Assembly: GCF_000008665.1 (NCBI RefSeq)
Contig: NC_000917.1
Location: 1,590,001 to 1,622,000, forward strand
DNA length: 32,000 bases
From: Archaeoglobus fulgidus DSM 4304
GTDB taxonomy: Archaea; Halobacteriota; Archaeoglobi; Archaeoglobales; Archaeoglobaceae
Direction: 5' to 3'
The notes beneath the pieces were generated by a model. That model had not been told where the DNA came from. It was given only the letters and a program-made list of their open reading frames with translations, and made no database searches. Below are positions 26,741 to 32,000 of this stretch, one piece after another. The position numbers were made by a program, and so were the translations under genes. Every line of letters starts with the position of its first letter. Position 1 is the first letter of the stretch.

Positions 26741-27436
26741 TTATATTCTATTCATCCTCTTTATGTAGCTAACGGTTTTGCGAAAGATTGCGTTCAGGCT
26801 GTGGACCTCATATTTCTTAACTCCGGCCCTTCCGAGTATTCTTCTGAAGATTACAACGGTTCTCTTTATCCTGTGCTCCGGATACTGCACCATTCTCAGC
26901 ATTTCGACGAGATTCGAGAGCGTAACCTCGATGTCCCTAAAGGTGGCAATCTCGTCATCCTCTTGAACTCTTTCGATTTCTCTGAGAAAGTAAAGTATAA
27001 CTGCCGCGGCATGGCTGACGTTCATAACAGGATACTCTTCGCTCGTCGGCACTCTGACAAGGACGTGGCACATTTCAAGCTCTTCGTTGTAAAGTCCGTA
27101 GTCCTCCCTTCCGAAAAGAACGGCAACCCTGCCCTTGGCAACGGAAGGCAGGTCTTCTGGAGCAAGGAGCTCCTTTCTCAGGTACTTGTAGTCCCCTCCC
27201 GGAATTCCGGTCGTTCCGACGATCAGATTCATCCTTTGGAGAAATTCTTGCAGGTCCTCAACTACAACAGCATTCTCCAGCACATCTTTCGCGTTAGCGG
27301 CGGTGTGGTAGCTTTCTTCCGTAACCCTGCATTTGTAGAGACAGAGCCTCTTTATGCCATAGTTTTTCGCAACCCTCGCAATGAACCCCACGTTCTCGGG
27401 AATCTTCAGTTCAACGAGCACGGGCCAAACTTCCAT
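26741..27436 (-). CDS. SpoU/TrmH-family RNA 2'-O-methyltransferase (TrmJ-like)
   Basis: VLVELKIPENVGFIARVAKNYGIKRLCLYKC, VGTTG, VAVLFGREDYGLYNEELEMCHVLVRVPTSEEYPVMNVSHAAAVILY. Confidence 0.92.
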   Translation of the reverse strand: MEVWPVLVELKIPENVGFIARVAKNYGIKRLCLYKCRVTEESYHTAANAKDVLENAVVVEDLQEFLQRMNLIVGTTGIPGGDYKYLRKELLAPEDLPSVAKGRVAVLFGREDYGLYNEELEMCHVLVRVPTSEEYPVMNVSHAAAVILYFLREIERVQEDDEIATFRDIEVTLSNLVEMLRMVQYPEHRIKRTVVIFRRILGRAGVKKYEVHSLNAIFRKTVSYIKRMNRI

Positions 27437-27471
27437 TGTCTCTTCCGCAACTCCAATGTTAATCTTTCTTT

Positions 27472-28155
27472 CTAAAGCCCCATGGCGATTTTCAGAATTT
27501 CCAGTTTCAGCCTCTCGTTCATCCAGCGGAGGTGGGAGAGAAGGAAGTTGTAAACTTCACTGCCTTCTCTAAGGTTGCTTATCATTTTTGGAATGTCCAA
27601 GCTCATCGGACAGCTCTTCCTACACCTCCCGCAGGAGAGGCACAGCTTCAAAGCATCTTTTCCCCCTGTAAGGGCATCGAAAAGCGCAAACCTCCCACCG
27701 GAAAATTTTTCACCGTAAACTGAGTGAGCGGGGCAGTTCGCGACGCAGCTTCCGCAGCCAAGGCAGTAAAGCAACTCCCTGTAATCAGAGTTTGCAATGC
27801 TGCTCCTCCCGTTGTCCAGCAGAATTACTGTAATCTCCTTGGGCCTTCCCATTTTTATCAGCTTCTTTTCTATGTCGGCCGTTTTTGCGGCTCCTGAAAC
27901 AATTTCGATGAAAGACGGGAGAATTTCACCGGTTGCATAGAAGCTCTGAAGCTTTGCCGCTTTCACAGCGCTCTCAACACTGCTGTATATCTTCTCTATT
28001 CCGGTTACAACGATCCACTTTTCAGGCCTCGAAAGAACTTCGAAGACGTTCCCCTCGTTGTGAAGGATAACCACGCTCCCCTCTGCAGTAACCGCATTGG
28101 CCCCGGTAATTCCTACATTTGCCCTCTCGACCGCATTTTCAATGTCCTTTCTCAA
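27472..28155 (-). CDS. LutB-like Fe-S protein, C-terminal part of LUD domain plus two 4Fe-4S clusters
   Basis: ERANVGITGANAVTAEGSVVILHNEGN (LUD), CLGCGSCVANCP and CLSCGRCRKSCP. TTG start overlapping the upstream stop (TTGA). Confidence 0.82.
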   Translation of the reverse strand: MRKDIENAVERANVGITGANAVTAEGSVVILHNEGNVFEVLSRPEKWIVVTGIEKIYSSVESAVKAAKLQSFYATGEILPSFIEIVSGAAKTADIEKKLIKMGRPKEITVILLDNGRSSIANSDYRELLYCLGCGSCVANCPAHSVYGEKFSGGRFALFDALTGGKDALKLCLSCGRCRKSCPMSLDIPKMISNLREGSEVYNFLLSHLRWMNERLKLEILKIAMGL

Positions 28156-28661
28156 AAATTCAACGATTTTTTCGCCTTTGGCGGGATTTCGGTTCCGTAA
28201 AAGTCCGAAAGCCGATTTGCAATGCTCTCAACTGAGAGGTGCACAGCGGGTCCTGTTGGGTGAGAGGGATGCTCATTTAGCACTTGTATAAGCCTGTCTC
28301 CGATGTCCGTTTCGATTACCTCCATCCCCCTCTTCTCAAGCTCTTCCCTAAGCCGTATTTCCTTAGTGACATTAGACTTCGACTTTACAACAAGCTTCTC
28401 CTCTCCAACAACTTCCAAAACTTTTTTCACCGCTTCATAAGAAGTTGGGGTGAGATAAACGTCAAAACCTCTCCTTTCGAGGCTTTCCATCACCTTTCTG
28501 AGGAGCTCATTATTACCAACGTCATTTTCTCTTTCCTCTCTCACCTTTTTTGCCAGCTCCTTTACCTCAGGGTAGAGCCTCAAGTTAGCCCTCTGCCTCT
28601 CCCTCAGAATTTTGAAAGCCCTGTTCATCGCGATTAGCTTTTCAGCTTTCTCTCTGTCCAC
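28152..28661 (-). CDS. LutB-like protein, N-terminal half of LUD domain
   Basis: LLRKVMESLERRGFDVYLTPTSYEAVKKVLEVVGEEKLVVKSKSNVTKEIRLREELEKRGMEVIETDIGDRLIQVL...HPTGPAVHLSVE is the standard LUD N-terminal half. GTG 28661 lies about 24 nt from a TATA-like TTTAAATA; the track start is TTG 28679. Confidence 0.82.
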   Translation of the reverse strand: MDREKAEKLIAMNRAFKILRERQRANLRLYPEVKELAKKVREERENDVGNNELLRKVMESLERRGFDVYLTPTSYEAVKKVLEVVGEEKLVVKSKSNVTKEIRLREELEKRGMEVIETDIGDRLIQVLNEHPSHPTGPAVHLSVESIANRLSDFYGTEIPPKAKKSLNF

Positions 28662-28683
28662 ACCCAAACTAATTATCAACTAT

Positions 28684-30443
<1,760 letters not shown>

Positions 30444-30444
30444 G

Positions 30445-30981
30445 ATGAACGTCGTTGAGCTGGAAATTCCGGAGGATAGGGTTGGTGTGCTGATAGGCAA
30501 GGATGGGGAGATTAAAAAGCTGATTGAGGAGAAGACTGGCTGCAAGTTAACCGTTTTGGGCAAGCATAACGTTGTCAAAATCGAGTGCGAGGACGCTCTT
30601 GGATTCATGAGGGCGAGGGATGTTGTTTCCGCAATCTCACACGGTTTCTCCCCCGACGTAGCTCTTAAGCTCCTCTACGACGAAAATTTGGTTCTTGAGG
30701 TGATCAATCTCTCCGATTTTCTTTCCGACAACGCATTGAGGAGGATTAAGGGCAGGATAATCGGCAAGGAGGGGAAGATGAGAAAGCAGATTGAAGACAT
30801 GCTGAACGTAAACATCTCCATCTCAGACAAGCACGTGGCGATAATTGGCGATCCCGAAAACGTTGCTGCTGCAAGGGAGGCAATTATGATGCTTGTCGAA
30901 GGGGCGCACACTTCAACAGTAATAAAGTTCATGGAAAGGAAGAGGAGGGATTTGAAGACGAGAAGTCTCGATTGGTTATGA
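30445..30981 (+). CDS. KH-domain protein, Dim2/Pno1(Krr1)-like
   Basis: VGVLIGKDGEIKKLIEEKTGCKLTV and RIIGKEGKMRKQIEDMLNVNISI, two KH motifs. Start is ATG 30445 or GTG 30436. Confidence 0.93.
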   Translation: MNVVELEIPEDRVGVLIGKDGEIKKLIEEKTGCKLTVLGKHNVVKIECEDALGFMRARDVVSAISHGFSPDVALKLLYDENLVLEVINLSDFLSDNALRRIKGRIIGKEGKMRKQIEDMLNVNISISDKHVAIIGDPENVAAAREAIMMLVEGAHTSTVIKFMERKRRDLKTRSLDWL

Positions 30982-32000
30982 GCTGGCTTATAATAACTGA
31001 GAAGGACAACACTGCCAGAAGGATTGCGTCAATTCTCTTCAAAGACGTTAAAACGCTGAAAAAGGGTAGGGTGAGTTACTACCACTCTCCTTCAAACGAC
31101 GCCTACGTTGTTGGGCTGAAAGGCCACATAGTTGAGCTTGACTTCCCGAAGGAGCTGAATAACTGGACCAAAACTCCTCTTGAGAAACTTCTTCAGGCAG
31201 AGCTGGTGAAAAAGGTCAAGGAGAGGACGATTTCCTCTATTTTGAAGGAAATTGCCAAGAAGGCGGACAGAGTTACGGTCGCAACGGACTACGACAGAGA
31301 GGGTGAGCTGATAGGAGTTGAGGCTCTGGAAATCGTCAAGTCGGTTAATCCAACTGTTAAGGTTGACAGGGTGAGGTACAGTGCTGTTACGGAGAAGGAG
31401 ATAAGGTCAGCCTTCTCAAAACCCGTTAAAGTTGACTTCAACTTGGCCAACGCTGCGCTCGCAAGGCAGAAGATAGACCTGATATGGGGTGCCACACTCA
31501 CCAGGCTCATCTCGGTTCATTCCGGCAGGATGGGCAAGGACTTCCTGAGCGTCGGAAGGGTGCAGACGCCCACTCTAAGGCTGATTGTGGACAGGGAGCT
31601 GGAAATTCAGAACTTCAAGCCCGAGAAGTACTACGAGATTTTTGCGGAGTTTGAAGGATTCATCGCAAAGCACCCAAAGAGGTACGGCAGCAAGGAGGAA
31701 GCTGAGAAATTATTCGCCAAGATTGGCGAAACGGCGAAAGTTGAGGAATTCACAAGAAGGAGAATGGAGGAGAACAGGCCAACGCCCTTCAACACCACCG
31801 AGTTCTTGAGGGAAGCATCGAAGTTCATGTCCCCCCACAAGGCGATGAACATCGCTGAAACCCTTTACATGAACGGCTACATCAGCTACCCCAGAACGGA
31901 TAACACCGTCTATCCCCCCACCATAAACCTCATTGAAATCGTTTCTGCGCTCTCATCAGTTTTTCCGAGGGAAGCTCAAATCGTGCTATCTCAGGATAAA
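30978..32000 (+). CDS. topA: DNA topoisomerase I, type IA (3' truncated by window end; absent from supplied ORF track)
   Basis: Own translation from ATG 30978: MSWLYITEKDNTARRIASILFKDVKTLKKG..., ATDYDREGELIGVEALEI (Toprim DxD region), QKIDLIWGATLTRLIS, GRVQTPTLRLIVDRE, catalytic-Tyr motif YISYPRTDN. ATGA overlap with the KH gene. Confidence 0.93.
   Translation, partial: MSWLIITEKDNTARRIASILFKDVKTLKKGRVSYYHSPSNDAYVVGLKGHIVELDFPKELNNWTKTPLEKLLQAELVKKVKERTISSILKEIAKKADRVTVATDYDREGELIGVEALEIVKSVNPTVKVDRVRYSAVTEKEIRSAFSKPVKVDFNLANAALARQKIDLIWGATLTRLISVHSGRMGKDFLSVGRVQTPTLRLIVDRELEIQNFKPEKYYEIFAEFEGFIAKHPKRYGSKEEAEKLFAKIGETAKVEEFTRRRMEENRPTPFNTTEFLREASKFMSPHKAMNIAETLYMNGYISYPRTDNTVYPPTINLIEIVSALSSVFPREAQIVLSQDK

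Noticed and set aside
26684-27475. 263-aa plus-strand ORF spanning the TrmJ-like gene
   Set aside because: Fully antisense to a clear SpoU-family methyltransferase; sequence has no recognisable domain and looks like a shadow ORF of codon bias.

Overview
This 32 kb window is densely coding archaeal chromosome. The protein set (euryarchaeal DP1, Sec61-beta, Dph2, Rio1, inositol-phosphate synthase, Hdr-like Fe-S proteins) strongly suggests an Archaeoglobus fulgidus-like genome; that assignment is recall and inference, not a search result. I can support about 38 protein genes, many tightly packed with 1-50 nt overlaps. Both window edges cut genes: a DppD/OppD-type ATPase on the left, and a type IA topoisomerase on the right that is missing from the ORF track. 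I saw no CRISPR array, transposon, rRNA or convincing tRNA. No large dedicated novel defence-type system is evident. The best leads are: (1) an APC-type amino-acid permease fused in frame to a C-terminal minimal nucleotidyltransferase domain with an apparently complete acidic triad; (2) a small membrane protein plus XRE-type HTH pair preceded by an exact 21-bp palindrome; (3) a LutB-like LUD/4Fe-4S protein split inside its LUD domain at a T-run, with a TTGA stop/start overlap compatible with -1 slippage; (4) a PiT phosphate transporter flanked by two different PhoU-type proteins, whose divergent promoters share a GGATATATATC element; (5) fusions and overlaps in regulator genes (PRTase-wHTH coupled to MTAP, a possible nuclease-like domain fused to HTH).
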